DNA of 64,000 bases from IMG/VR virus record IMGVR_UViG_3300047462_000185, positions 32,001 to 96,000 of that record; one strand, given 5' to 3'. A program made the position numbers and the translations under genes. The notes under the pieces are model-generated. The model made no database searches, was not told where the DNA came from, and saw only the letters and a list, made by a program, of their open reading frames with translations. This document shows, piece after piece, positions 30,204-39,113 of the stretch. The stretch comes from a virus. How positions within the stretch are numbered: position 1 is the first letter of the stretch; every line of letters starts with the position of its first letter.

Positions 30204-31275
30204 ATGCCTCAGCACTTCCTCCTGTCAGCAAAGGCCCGGACGCTCTCGCTAGCGTCGGTGCTGCGCATGACGGACGAACAGGCTGAGACGGCCTTCATCC
30301 GCATCCGCTGGGCGGCGACCGAAGGCAAGCCGGTGTGCGTCCATTGCGAGTGCCCGACCGTGTGGGACTGCCGCAAGGCGAATGGCTTGCCCCGCTGGCG
30401 CTGCAAGGCGTGCCGCAAGAGCTTCTCAATCACCAGCGGCACGATCTTCGCTTCCCGTAAGATGCCGCTGCGCAACTACCTCGCGGCCATCGCGATCTTC
30501 GTCAACGAGGTCAAGGGCAAGTCGGCGCTGGCGCTGTCCCGCGATCTCGGGTGCCAATACAAGTCGGCCTACGTCCTTGCGCACAAGCTGCGCGAGGCGA
30601 TGGCGTCCGAGTTGAAAGGGCTGCGGCTGGGCGGTCCCGGCCGCGTGGCCGAAGTCGATGGCGGCTACTTCGGCGGCTACGTAAAGCCGTCCAACCGCGT
30701 CGAGAACCGCCGTGATCGCCGACTTGCCAAAAACCAGAACGGCAAGCGCCAGGTGGTCGTCGTGGTCCGCGAGCGCGAAGGCCGCACCCTTCCCGCAGTG
30801 TTCAAGTCGGAAAGCGCCGCACTCGGCTTCATCGCCCGCAGCGTCGCCAAGGACACCCAGATGATGGCCGATGAAGCCCCGTCATGGAACGGGCTGCATG
30901 CGCGGTTCGCCATGCAGCGGATCGACCATCAGGCGATGTATTCGGACCGGGCCGGGGTCTACACGAACGGAGCCGATCGCCAGGGCGAGACCGAACCGGA
31001 GCAGGACAAGGTCTCAGACATCATCGCCGGGCGCGCGCTGGCCTGTCTCGAACACGTCCGGAAGGTGCGGTTCGGCGAGGCGTCGGCAAATTTCCAGATC
31101 TCGGATAGCGACAATCTTCCCCTCATCGTGAATATCACGGTCAGCCTCGACCGCAACAAATGGACGCGGCACACCTGATGTCGTTCTGGGTGGTAAGCGT
31201 CATCGTCGCGCCGCTCGCGGCCGAAGTCGCCGCCGCCTATCTCGACTGCCGACACTGAGTAGTCACTAAACCCCG
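30204..31275 (+). mobile_element. IS1595-family element, transposase truncated at C-terminus
   Basis: Zn ribbon CVHC..CKAC, FSITSGTIF, EVDGGYFGG, MADE, IDH..YTNGA then unrelated tail; candidate right end AGTCACTAAACCCC near 31261-31274. Confidence 0.8.
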
Positions 31276-31783
31276 GACAGGAACATCACATTCTCGTCGC
31301 CCCCATCCAGCACTTAGCAGCGATTGAACTGACGGAGGCGAATGCCGCACTCGTTCGGTGGGGGCATCGCATGGGCGCATGCAGCCGGCCCAACGCCGTC
31401 ATCTGGCCGCATGGCATGTTCCAGCATGGGGAGTTGGTGGCCGTGACGATTGGGTCGTCGCTGATCAGAGAGCGGGTGGTTGGAGGCATGACGCGGGAGA
31501 ACGCGATGGAGTTGGCGAGGCTCTGCGCGGCTCGGACCGATCTGTGCCGCGTGATGCTTCGGCTTTGGCGCGAAATGATCTTTCCGGCCTATGGCTACGA
31601 GTGGGCAATCAGCTATCAGGACGAGGCGCTGCACTCGGGCGATACCGCTTTGACGGCTGGGTTGCACTCGGAAGGTCGCGGTCCGGCACCGATAGCCGGA
31701 GCGGCCGGAAAGGGCGCAACAAGACGATCTGGGGATGGCACCCCGACCCTGCCGTGCGGGCCGCGCGGCGATCGACCACCTAA
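31276..31783 (+). pseudogene. Mom-like / GNAT-fold DNA-modification gene remnant
   Basis: ELARLC..ISYQD..HSGD then frameshift to YRFDGW..KTIWGW; no start codon after the IS end. Confidence 0.5.
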
Positions 31784-31874
31784 CCCCGATCTGATCCTGG
31801 AGTTCCGCGCCGGTCAGGGGCGCCGCCGATAGCCGCGATTTGACAGCGCTGGCCGGCCCGTTCCAGCGTGGCGC

Positions 31875-32387
31875 ATGCCGTCGTTCCTCGACACGTTCTT
31901 CCCGACCAGGCCGGCCCAGGAGCGGCTCGAGCTGCTCGCCGCGCTCTATGAACCGCTGGGCCGGGAACTGGCCCTGGCCTACGAGAAGCTGGAGGACCAG
32001 GCCGCCCTGGAGCGCTCGCTGAGGGCCGCGGCCGACGCCAGCTTCGCTATTCCGGGCGCTGACATGGAGCGGATCGCCTCGATCAAGATGGCGCGGGTCG
32101 AGGCGCGCCTGATGACCCGGCTCGCGGTTCGGAACGTCCTGATGCGGCGCCTCTGTGCCGCGCTACAGGAGGTTCAGGACTGGCTGGCCGCCAATGTCAC
32201 GCCCGAGGGCCTGGAGGCCTGGGAGGCGCGCCACGGCCCGCTGCTCAGCGAAGAAGAGCTAATGGCTCGTTTGGGCGTGCTGCTGGCCGAGGCAGACCAG
32301 CGGGACGGATCCGATGCGGCACCCCGTAGTGATCTACCACGGCCCATAGATCGGCAAGGCTCCGAATCACATAGACCGGGTGATTGA
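31875..32387 (+). CDS. Hypothetical protein
   Basis: Helical ORF with phage-like codon usage. Confidence 0.55.
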   Translation: MPSFLDTFFPTRPAQERLELLAALYEPLGRELALAYEKLEDQAALERSLRAAADASFAIPGADMERIASIKMARVEARLMTRLAVRNVLMRRLCAALQEVQDWLAANVTPEGLEAWEARHGPLLSEEELMARLGVLLAEADQRDGSDAAPRSDLPRPIDRQGSESHRPGD

Positions 32388-32862
32388 GGGCCCGGATCTC
32401 GGTGTGGACCTCGCGCTGCCGGGGCTTGAGGTAGGTCTTCTCTTGGCCCGGGCCGTCGTCGATCTTCACCTCGAGCCAGACGGTGCGGCCGTCGCGTAGC
32501 AGCAGCATGAGATCGGGCCAGCCGGCCAGCATGCCCTCGGCGACGAGAATTCCGATGACGCCTTTACGAGGACCGCCGTTTGGCACCGCGACCAGGAGGG
32601 CGTCCCTCTTCGAGACGGCCCGGCGGAAAAAGTCCACCATCGCTTGCTGTAGGTTGGATTCGAGGTGCCGGTGCGGCGCGGCCGGCGCCGTCAGTTGAAA
32701 CTTTAAGTTGTCCTGGGCGAGCCGTTTCTTCGGCTTGGTGGGCCGCTTCGATATGGGCGGTGCAGAACCACCGGGTCCGTTCGATGTAGTAGGCGGCAGG
32801 CTGTCCCAGGCCTGGCGGGCAGAGCCCGAACCAGGCGTCTCCGCCACAGGTCTCACAAGCAT
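32245..32862 (-). CDS. VRR-NUC domain nuclease
   Basis: ESNLQ..AVPNGG..GMLAGWPDL..WLEVK..Q. Confidence 0.8.
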   Translation of the reverse strand: MLVRPVAETPGSGSARQAWDSLPPTTSNGPGGSAPPISKRPTKPKKRLAQDNLKFQLTAPAAPHRHLESNLQQAMVDFFRRAVSKRDALLVAVPNGGPRKGVIGILVAEGMLAGWPDLMLLLRDGRTVWLEVKIDDGPGQEKTYLKPRQREVHTEIRALNHPVYVIRSLADLWAVVDHYGVPHRIRPAGLPRPAARPNEPLALLR

Positions 32863-32936
32863 GTGTCGGTTTGTATCGTGATGTGGAACGCGCTTCGATC
32901 TTTTGGACCTATGAAAACCCACGAGTGTGTGCTAAT

Positions 32937-33227
32937 TTATTTTCGTTGGGTGGCGGCCGTTTCGGGTTTGGGTGCCAGAACGGTGCGCCGCGGGCGTCCC
33001 CCGCGTCGTTTGCGAGGCGCGGGGTCAGAGGATGTGGTTGGAGTGTGCCTTAGGATTCTCTCGAGCTGGGCGATTGTCTCGGGGCGAGGCTTCCAGTCGG
33101 GATCGAAAAGGCGGGCGATCGTGTTCTTGTGGAGACCGGTGATGCCGGCGAGATCGGCGTTTGTTGCTACAAGGCGAGCCGCCGCTGCCCGAATCTGGCT
33201 CATCAGCTGATCGATCTGCGATTCCAT
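32937..33227 (-). CDS. Cro-like HTH regulator
   Basis: NADLAGITGLHKNTIARL..WKPRPETI; divergent from the cI-like gene. Confidence 0.75.
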   Translation of the reverse strand: MESQIDQLMSQIRAAAARLVATNADLAGITGLHKNTIARLFDPDWKPRPETIAQLERILRHTPTTSSDPAPRKRRGGRPRRTVLAPKPETAATQRK

Positions 33228-33241
33228 GCCAACCAAAAAAA

Positions 33242-33255
33242 CACATTCTAATGTG
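33242..33255. promoter_or_regulatory. Operator-like palindrome CACAT-N4-ATGTG (about 18 copies in the window)
   Basis: CACATTCTAATGTG between cro and cI; other copies listed in findings. Confidence 0.7.
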
Positions 33256-33291
33256 AATATCAAGAAGTCGAGAAAGAGAGGCTCAGCGCAA

Positions 33292-34029
33292 GTGAGTGCG
33301 GCAAAAGACCGGAATCCCATACCATCAGACGGAGAACGTCAGCGCGAAGCGCTGCGCCGGATCATGGCTATGAAAAATGTGTCAGCAGCGGAATGGGCCA
33401 GGTTGGCTGGCCTGTCGAACGCCAACGCGATCTATAACCTCCAGGCGGGCCGGTCCGAGCACCTCTCGGTGCCCGTGCTGCAGAAGCTGGCCAAGGTATT
33501 CGAAGATATCGATCTATCCACTGTAACTGGCGAAATTTCATCCACTCAGCGTAAGATTCGACGCATGACAGTGAAGATGGTTGCGGTCCAAGGGGTGTGG
33601 CGTGACCAGGCCGATGCGCCGCTCGACGAGCAATACGACATCTCGGTGCCAGACAATGTGGATGGCAGCTTTGCGGTCCGCGTGGTGGGCCAGCACGCCG
33701 ACGAAATGCTGCCCGACGACAGCCACGTCATCATCGAGGAAGTGGGTCGCTTCCTGGGCGCGTTCTACTCGGGGATCTGGGTGCTGGTCCGGCGCAACCG
33801 GGGCCGCCAGGTCGAGGTGACGTTGCGCACCCTCACCTCGGACCGAGAGGGCAAGTGGTGGCTCATGGCGCGCAGCAAGTCGCCCGACCAGACCATGCCC
33901 AGCGTTCCGGTGCCGTGGCCCTACGAGGGGCAGGTCTGGTCGGTGGGCAACGAGCGCTACCAGATCATCGGTGTGGCGACGGATGCCGTTCTCTCCCTAA
34001 TCACGCGCCCGGTCCATATCGTCCGTTAA
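33292..34029 (+). CDS. CI/LexA-like repressor (HTH plus S24-like domain)
   Basis: SAAEWARLAGLSNANAIYNL HTH; C-terminal FAVRVVG..EVTLR..IIGV with the usual Ser/Lys dyad not evident; start uncertain. Confidence 0.7.
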   Translation: MSAAKDRNPIPSDGERQREALRRIMAMKNVSAAEWARLAGLSNANAIYNLQAGRSEHLSVPVLQKLAKVFEDIDLSTVTGEISSTQRKIRRMTVKMVAVQGVWRDQADAPLDEQYDISVPDNVDGSFAVRVVGQHADEMLPDDSHVIIEEVGRFLGAFYSGIWVLVRRNRGRQVEVTLRTLTSDREGKWWLMARSKSPDQTMPSVPVPWPYEGQVWSVGNERYQIIGVATDAVLSLITRPVHIVR

Positions 34030-34171
34030 GGCTACGCGACACACCGGAATATTTTCGGAATATTTTCGCCGGAATCGGGCGACCGGTTCCCTGCGTTGAC
34101 AACGGTTTGACCGTTCAATAAACCTCGATCCCTGGGCCACACAATCGTGTGGTATTTCGGTCGAGATTGCA

Positions 34172-34711
34172 TTGCCCTCGAAACGCAAGCGTCGATATCA
34201 CCGGGCCACAGCGCGTCACGTGACGCTGAGCCGCGACGCGGCCGGCACCCTCTCCCTGTCTCGAGTCGTTCACCCGCCGAAGGAGCGGCGCCAGCACGAC
34301 GTCGTGGTGCGCCAGGAGCGCATCGGAGAGGGTGGGCAGCGCCTCATAGCCTCCGCGATCGACAGGCCCACCGCGCTTGACCAGTTGGCCGCGGCCGGCG
34401 CGCTGGGCGAGGCAGAGGCAAAGCGGCGCCTTCTGGATGCGTCGGATTGGTTCAAGGAGCGGCTCGAGCTGCTCCAGCTGCGCGCCGTCGTCACGGCCGC
34501 GTTCGAGCGGCAGGCCAAGGGCGAGCGTGGCATGACGCCGCGGCAGGTCAGGGCGGACGCCGAGATGAAGCGCCTCGCCAAGGCGATCGGCGCCGAGCCG
34601 TTCAACCGGCTGTTCGACCTGCTGGTCTGGGACGTGCTGCCCCTGGTCGAGCCGCGCCGGCGCGAGACGGTGGAGGCGTTGGACGCAGCGGCGCGCCACC
34701 TTAAGCTGTGA
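34172..34711 (+). CDS. Hypothetical protein (antiterminator/late regulator candidate)
   Basis: Basic helical ORF ending ALDAAARHL after cI, with an operator upstream. Confidence 0.45.
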   Translation: MPSKRKRRYHRATARHVTLSRDAAGTLSLSRVVHPPKERRQHDVVVRQERIGEGGQRLIASAIDRPTALDQLAAAGALGEAEAKRRLLDASDWFKERLELLQLRAVVTAAFERQAKGERGMTPRQVRADAEMKRLAKAIGAEPFNRLFDLLVWDVLPLVEPRRRETVEALDAAARHLKL

Positions 34712-34835
34712 AACGGCTTGACCTGACCCGGCGCTTTGCTTGACATTGGGGTCTGCCAGAAAAGCGTCTTTGAGGGGTTCGAGGGCGGCCCTCGCCGGTG
34801 CAAGCCGGCAGGGTGGACGGAGCGGCGGAAACGAC

Positions 34836-34870
34836 GAAACCCCCGCAGGATTGCTCCTGCGGGGGTTTTT
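34836..34870. terminator. Bidirectional terminator
   Basis: AAACCCCCGCAGGA-ttgc-TCCTGCGGGGGTTTTT between converging genes. Confidence 0.8.
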
Positions 34871-34873
34871 GTC

Positions 34874-35065
34874 TCAGTCGGCAGCGCTGCCGAGCCGGTC
34901 GCCCAGGTCGATCACCTCGCCGGCGAGCGGCTCGGGCGACGGGGACTTGGTGGGCCAGAGCGACATGGCGCCCTTCACCAGCGTATAGGCCGGCGGTGCC
35001 AACACGGCACACGCCAGCTCGACGCGGTTGCGGGGCCGCAACGTGCTCATCATTGAGGTCAGCAT
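34874..35065 (-). CDS. Hypothetical protein
   Basis: AGGAG RBS after H12. Confidence 0.55.
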   Translation of the reverse strand: MLTSMMSTLRPRNRVELACAVLAPPAYTLVKGAMSLWPTKSPSPEPLAGEVIDLGDRLGSAAD

Positions 35066-35080
35066 GGTCGTCTCCTATAG

Positions 35081-35134
35081 GGATTGAGACTTGGCTGGGT
35101 CTCGTCAGCCTACGCGCGAGGGCGCGCAGATACC
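35081..35134 (-). ncRNA. Decayed hammerhead-like element H12 (type III; CUGACGA; GAAA changed to UCAA)
   Basis: GG-UA-UCUGCGCGC/GCGCGUAGG-CUGACGA-GAC/GUC-UCAA-UC. Confidence 0.55.
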
Positions 35135-35790
35135 GGGTCGCATGGGGTGGTTCGGGCGACCACCACACCCCCATGCCTCGCAAATGTGGGCCGAGCATGA
35201 TCCGGCTCGACGCGGCAGCGCATCATTCGTGCGCACTTCCTGGTCGCCCAAAGGGTGAAGTCCCGGTTTCAGTGTGTCGGCCGGTCCCGGGGGAACGGGT
35301 GGAACCGGCCGACCTGGTCACGCCACCGTCAGGGTCTCTTGGGCGGTGGCTACCGGGACGTGATCAGCTCCAGCAGGCCAAGGGCTGGGCGGGCGAGCGA
35401 TTGTGTTGGTTCGACACGTGTTGTCCGAACCGTGGCTTCGCGGCTGATCACGATCCACGCGCCGGCGCTTTCCGTCGTCATGGGCAAGCCCATCACCGGT
35501 GCGTTTCGGTGCGTTGGCCCGATCTGGTGACGTCCGCGCTGCCTCGGGTGACGCGGGTCGGAATCGGCTCTTGGCGGTATCTTGAGAATTGTCGAGAGAG
35601 TTGCCTGAGGTGCCGATACGTCTTCGATCGGTATCATCCTCTGATCCTGGCGTCCTTCGCCTGGACCGCTCGGTCGACGCGCCAGTGATTGGCAGCGTGT
35701 AGCACCGCTGAAGGGAGTGCGAGCGTCCTGTGGGATGATCGGCTGCTGCGCCAATGGCGCGCTGCCTGAGTGATAGATGGGGAGGCGTAT
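35135..35790. ncRNA. Candidate large structured non-coding RNA
   Basis: No credible ORF; many nested helices; G-U pairs favour the + strand. Confidence 0.5.
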
Positions 35791-35794
35791 CATT

Positions 35795-35841
35795 CCTTTC
35801 AAGGGGTGAACCCTTTCATCGGCCTGCATCGAGCAGGAAGG
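35795..35841 (-). ncRNA. Hammerhead-like element H13 (type III; core CCGAUGA; canonical C3-G8 and GAAA)
   Basis: CC-UU-CCUGC/GCAGG-CCGAUGA-AAGGG/CCCUU-GAAA-GG. Confidence 0.8.
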
Positions 35842-35855
35842 CCCGCCGGAGCGGG

Positions 35856-36213
35856 TTAGTCGGTGGGAGGCCGGTCGACGAAGACCGAGCCAACCTGCGT
35901 GTATGAGAATTTCCCGATATGCACGCTGGTGATGAAATTCACGCGCAGGCCAGCTTCATGAGCGGCTTGGATGGCTTTGTTGAGCTGATCAGACCTTTGG
36001 CGAATCAGCACTTCGTGTTCCTCGTCTGTCACGTCAGCCGTCCTTCGCGGTGATTTTCAGCTTCCAGTCGCCAACGGTGTTGCCGTTGATGTCGACGGCG
36101 TTGCCCTCCATGAGTCCGTTTTGAATCTGGTGGGAAACCTCGCGCAGTATGCGGGTCATTTCGCTTGCGCCATAGCCGTCGTTGAACGCGGCGTTGCCTG
36201 TGTCGATCTTCAT
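35856..36213 (-). CDS. Two small hypothetical proteins (35856-36032, 36034-36213; not in ORF track)
   Basis: MTDEEHEVLIRQRSDQLNKAIQAAHEAGLRV..; MKIDTGNAAF..DINGNTVG. Confidence 0.6.
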
Positions 36214-36228
36214 TCTGAATATGTGGTT

Positions 36229-36273
36229 CTCCTCAGTCCGGCGGGATGCCGGGCACCGGGTCAGCCGGTTTCG
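36229..36273 (-). ncRNA. Hammerhead-like element H14 (type II; CUGAGGA; G17)
   Basis: C-GAAA-CCGG/CCGG-UG-C-CCGGC/GCCGG-A-CUGAGGA-G. Confidence 0.7.
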
Positions 36274-36677
36274 ATTGCGTTTACGTCGGCGATACGCGCT
36301 ACGGTCTGGCGCTTGCCGTCAAGAGTCACACCTACGACGGAAGGGATAAACCCTGCCGCATCGTAGAAACGCACCACGCGGAAAATCAAAGTGGGATATC
36401 CGATCAAGGTGAAGTGGCTCATCTTTCGTCTCCTCAGTCCGGCGGGATCGCCGGGCACCGGCTAGGCCGGTTTCGTCTCAGGCCATTCGATGCCTTCCGC
36501 GACGCCTGCGAGATGATAGATGTCGCGGGGCGATACGTCAGTAGGAGCCGAAAGACGGCAAGCGTTCTGCGCGAAGGCGACCTTTGCCGCAGGCATTCCG
36601 GCTGCTGCGTTCCGGGCGAGATGCCGCAGATGTGGGTAGCGCCGCACGTAGGCGTCGAGAACTGATTGTGGGATCAT
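36261..36677 (-). CDS. Two small hypothetical proteins (36261-36422, 36462-36677)
   Basis: Each has its RBS in a type II element and its stop in the next element. Confidence 0.6.
36430..36475 (-). ncRNA. Hammerhead-like element H15 (type II; CUGAGGA; G17)
   Basis: C-GAAA-CCGGC/GCCGG-UG-C-CCGGCG/CGCCGG-A-CUGAGGA-G. Confidence 0.7.
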
Positions 36678-36683
36678 TATTTT

Positions 36684-36740
36684 CTCCTCAGTCCGGCGGG
36701 ATGCCGGGCATCCGGCCAGGTCGATCCTGGCCGGGTTTCG
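36684..36740 (-). ncRNA. Hammerhead-like element H16 (type II; CUGAGGA; G17)
   Basis: C-GAAA-C-CCGGCCAGG/CCUGGCCGG-AUG-C-CCGGC/GCCGG-A-CUGAGGA-G. Confidence 0.7.
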
Positions 36741-37421
36741 CTAAAAGGTGAAGGCGCGAATCACGGGCGCGCTGCCGTCAAGCGGCGCGTAGCACGTCCG
36801 GACCGAGGGCCGGTCGATCTGCACGGTTAGCGTCCCTGTGGGATGCGCGTTCTCCGCCTCGATCATCACCCGGGCCAGCCGGTAGATTGTCGAGCAGTTC
36901 AGCTCGTGGGCGCGCGCTTCGGTGATGGTGCCCTCCGTGGTGAAGAGCGAGACCTCGCCGCTGAGCCATCGCGTCGCTCCCTCCATAGTCAGCCCGGATG
37001 GACTGTAGTCCAGCGACCCGTAGGGGCGAGGCTGGATGGAGATGTGGGACACATGGCTCCGCTCCACCCGGGCAACGTATTGCCTGATCGGCGTGGGAGA
37101 AGCGGCGTCGGCCTGGAAGGCGCTGATACGCTCGAGCTGCAGGCAGAGCAGCTTGATGGCTGTCTGATATTCGCTGTCCTTCGGCCTTTTCTTGCCGAGA
37201 TAGCGCCAGAACGCCGGCAGGGAGCTGGTGCGCATGACGTGGTCATGGGCATACCAGAGCCCGTGGCTGATGTTCCGGGGGTCGGGTTCCTCGTTGGCGC
37301 GGCCGTCCATCTGCTGGATGAAGGTCCGCAGATGGGGGTGGGTCGGGGCCGTGGTGCCGATCGCACCGGCGCCGGCCAGGCCGCGCACGAAGTCCGACGT
37401 CATGTCGTAGAGCAAGGTCAT
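36741..37421 (-). CDS. Hypothetical protein
   Basis: Start MTLLYDM follows the GAAAGG of H17. Confidence 0.6.
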   Translation of the reverse strand: MTLLYDMTSDFVRGLAGAGAIGTTAPTHPHLRTFIQQMDGRANEEPDPRNISHGLWYAHDHVMRTSSLPAFWRYLGKKRPKDSEYQTAIKLLCLQLERISAFQADAASPTPIRQYVARVERSHVSHISIQPRPYGSLDYSPSGLTMEGATRWLSGEVSLFTTEGTITEARAHELNCSTIYRLARVMIEAENAHPTGTLTVQIDRPSVRTCYAPLDGSAPVIRAFTF

Positions 37422-37427
37422 TAGTGT

Positions 37428-37481
37428 GCCTTTCTGCCGGGAAGCGCCGGCTGATCGCGCTGGATGGGGGTCCAGCAAGGC
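37428..37481 (-). ncRNA. Hammerhead-like element H17 (type III; GCGAUCA)
   Basis: GCC-UU-GCUGGA/UCCAGC-GCGAUCA-GCCGG/CCGGC-A-GAAA-GGC. Confidence 0.7.
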
Positions 37482-37491
37482 CCCTGGTTGG

Positions 37492-37689
37492 CTAGGGGTC
37501 TTCGAGCGTCGGGCCGTCATTGTGGCTCGCCAGGATCGGCGCGCCGGTGCGATGAGCCTCTGCCATGCGGCGAGCTTGGTCGCGCGTGTAGCCCGCGCGC
37601 TCGAGCGCGAGAATGAGCGACATTTCGCTATTGTGGTCGTTCGACCATTTGTCGTTGTGCCGTCGCTCGAAGAAGTTTTCTTTGCTCAC
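37492..37689 (-). CDS. Hypothetical protein
   Basis: GTG start overlapping the upstream stop. Confidence 0.5.
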   Translation of the reverse strand: MSKENFFERRHNDKWSNDHNSEMSLILALERAGYTRDQARRMAEAHRTGAPILASHNDGPTLEDP

Positions 37690-38049
37690 GGCAGTTCGCC
37701 GGTCGGGCGGCCGAGCTTGCGCCGCAGCCGGTTGATCTGCGGCTCGTAGAGGGCGCGCGCCGCCGGCGTCGCAGCGGCTAGCTGCTCGGCGATGAACTGG
37801 CGGTCTCTTGGGCATTTGGCGAGCCTGGATGGGGCGAACCGGGTCGACATCGACCACTCACCGGGTCGACATCGACCACTCGCCCCCGATCCGCTTGCAG
37901 GCCGCCTCCGCGGCGTTCCTGGCACGATTGGCGGCCAGGTCTTCAAGGTGTGCGATCTCGGCGCGGATGCGCTGGATCACCTCGTCACGGGTCGGACCGG
38001 GCGTGGTGAGTGCAGGACCGCCGTTGTGGCCGATTTTCGATAGTGGCAT
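37686..38049 (-). pseudogene. Small gene frameshifted by a 22 bp tandem duplication
   Basis: ACCGGGTCGACATCGACCACTC twice at 37838-37881; EWSMSTR appears in both frames. Confidence 0.65.
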
Positions 38050-38051
38050 GG

Positions 38052-38112
38052 GAGGCCTTTCTGCCGGCGAAGCGGCCGGCTGGACGCGCTGCACGGTGTG
38101 CAGCAAGGCCCC
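38052..38112 (-). ncRNA. Hammerhead-like element H18 (type III; GCGUCCA)
   Basis: GGGGCC-UU-GCUGCAC/GUGCAGC-GCGUCCA-GCCGG/CCGGC-A-GAAA-GGCCUC. Confidence 0.7.
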
Positions 38113-38113
38113 G

Positions 38114-38532
38114 CTAGGCGGGGGTAGCAGGCCCCTCAGGGCGCATGGAGTTGGGATGGGTGGGCAGCTGGCACCGCTTCGTCGTGAAGCGCGCCAGGCG
38201 CCGGTTTTCGCGTCGGATGAACCGAACCGCACTGGCCAGCGCCGCGACCTGGTCGGTCGCGAAGCAGTCGAGCGTCACGTAGTTGTGGTAGCTCGGGTGC
38301 CAGAAGCGATAGGTGAACATCTGCACGGCTACGCCGTCATGATCAGCAGCTGCTCGGCGCCATAGACTGCCGCCTCGCCGCACATCTCGCACTCGCCGCC
38401 TTCCATGTCGGGCTCGCATTCCTCGGCCTCTGCGCCGCATGCGGTGCAGAAGCCGGGGCTGTCGAGACTGGTTAGGTGCCGTTCGACCGCTTTCATGATG
38501 CGGTCCGTCGTGATGGACTCATGGATCTTCAT
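38114..38532 (-). CDS. Two small hypothetical proteins (38114-38320; Zn-ribbon 38329-38532)
   Basis: Second has GFCTACG..EPD..CEMCG..VYGAE. Confidence 0.6.
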
Positions 38533-38538
38533 GGGTAT

Positions 38539-38591
38539 GCCTTTCTGCCGGTAAGCGCCGGCTGATCGCGCTGCACGGTGTGCAGCAAGGC
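38539..38591 (-). ncRNA. Hammerhead-like element H19 (type III; GCGAUCA)
   Basis: GCC-UU-GCUGCAC/GUGCAGC-GCGAUCA-GCCGG/CCGGC-A-GAAA-GGC. Confidence 0.7.
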
Positions 38592-38597
38592 GCCCGG

Positions 38598-39050
38598 TCA
38601 CGCCGGGCTTTCGGCAATCGTTTTCGGCTTGAACATGACCAGCGAGATCGCGTCGGCCGTGAGGTCGATGATCAGTTCGGTCATGTTCGGCGGATAGGTC
38701 GCGAGTGCGGCATTCAGCTCGGTGAGCAGGATATGCTCCGAGCCATCGTCGCCGCCGAACAATCTGTTCTTCGCCTCCCACCAGTCGTCGAAGTCCATCT
38801 TGGTCGGATCGCACTCGCGTGCGTAGACCACGAAGCTCTTCGTCTTTGACTGGTTCGGATCAGCGGGATCGGGCGGCACGAGCAGGCCCGGATCGCCGTT
38901 GCTCATCAGGTAGACACCAACATCGCCGACCAGCATCAAGGCAGGCTTCGGTTTGCCTTTCTTGCCGTATTGGCGGTGATGCTTCGGGGCTGCGGCGCAA
39001 TGTTCGATCAAACGTCGCACGCCTATCAGGTCGAAGTGTATCCGAGACAT
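38598..39050 (-). CDS. DUF3085-like protein
   Basis: LVGDVGVYLMSNG..VYARECDP..FGGDD. Confidence 0.75.
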   Translation of the reverse strand: MSRIHFDLIGVRRLIEHCAAAPKHHRQYGKKGKPKPALMLVGDVGVYLMSNGDPGLLVPPDPADPNQSKTKSFVVYARECDPTKMDFDDWWEAKNRLFGGDDGSEHILLTELNAALATYPPNMTELIIDLTADAISLVMFKPKTIAESPA

Positions 39051-39057
39051 GGGTTGG

Positions 39058-39110
39058 TCCTTTCTGCCGGTGAGCGCCGGCTGGACGCGCTGGACGAGGT
39101 CCAGCAAGGA
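39058..39110 (-). ncRNA. Hammerhead-like element H20 (type III; GCGUCCA)
   Basis: UCC-UU-GCUGGAC/GUCCAGC-GCGUCCA-GCCGG/CCGGC-A-GAAA-GGA (stem III covariation). Confidence 0.7.
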
Positions 39111-39113
39111 GCT

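Noticed and set aside
35250-35540. RNase P RNA, FMN riboswitch or tmRNA identity for the structured region
   Set aside because: Only short partial resemblances (GGGTGAAGTCCC, GATCTGGTGA); the other conserved motifs were not found
35350-35829. 159 aa minus-strand ORF
   Set aside because: Low-complexity Arg/Pro-rich translation, AUG only 1 nt from the SD-like GAAAGG, and the region is better explained by RNA structure
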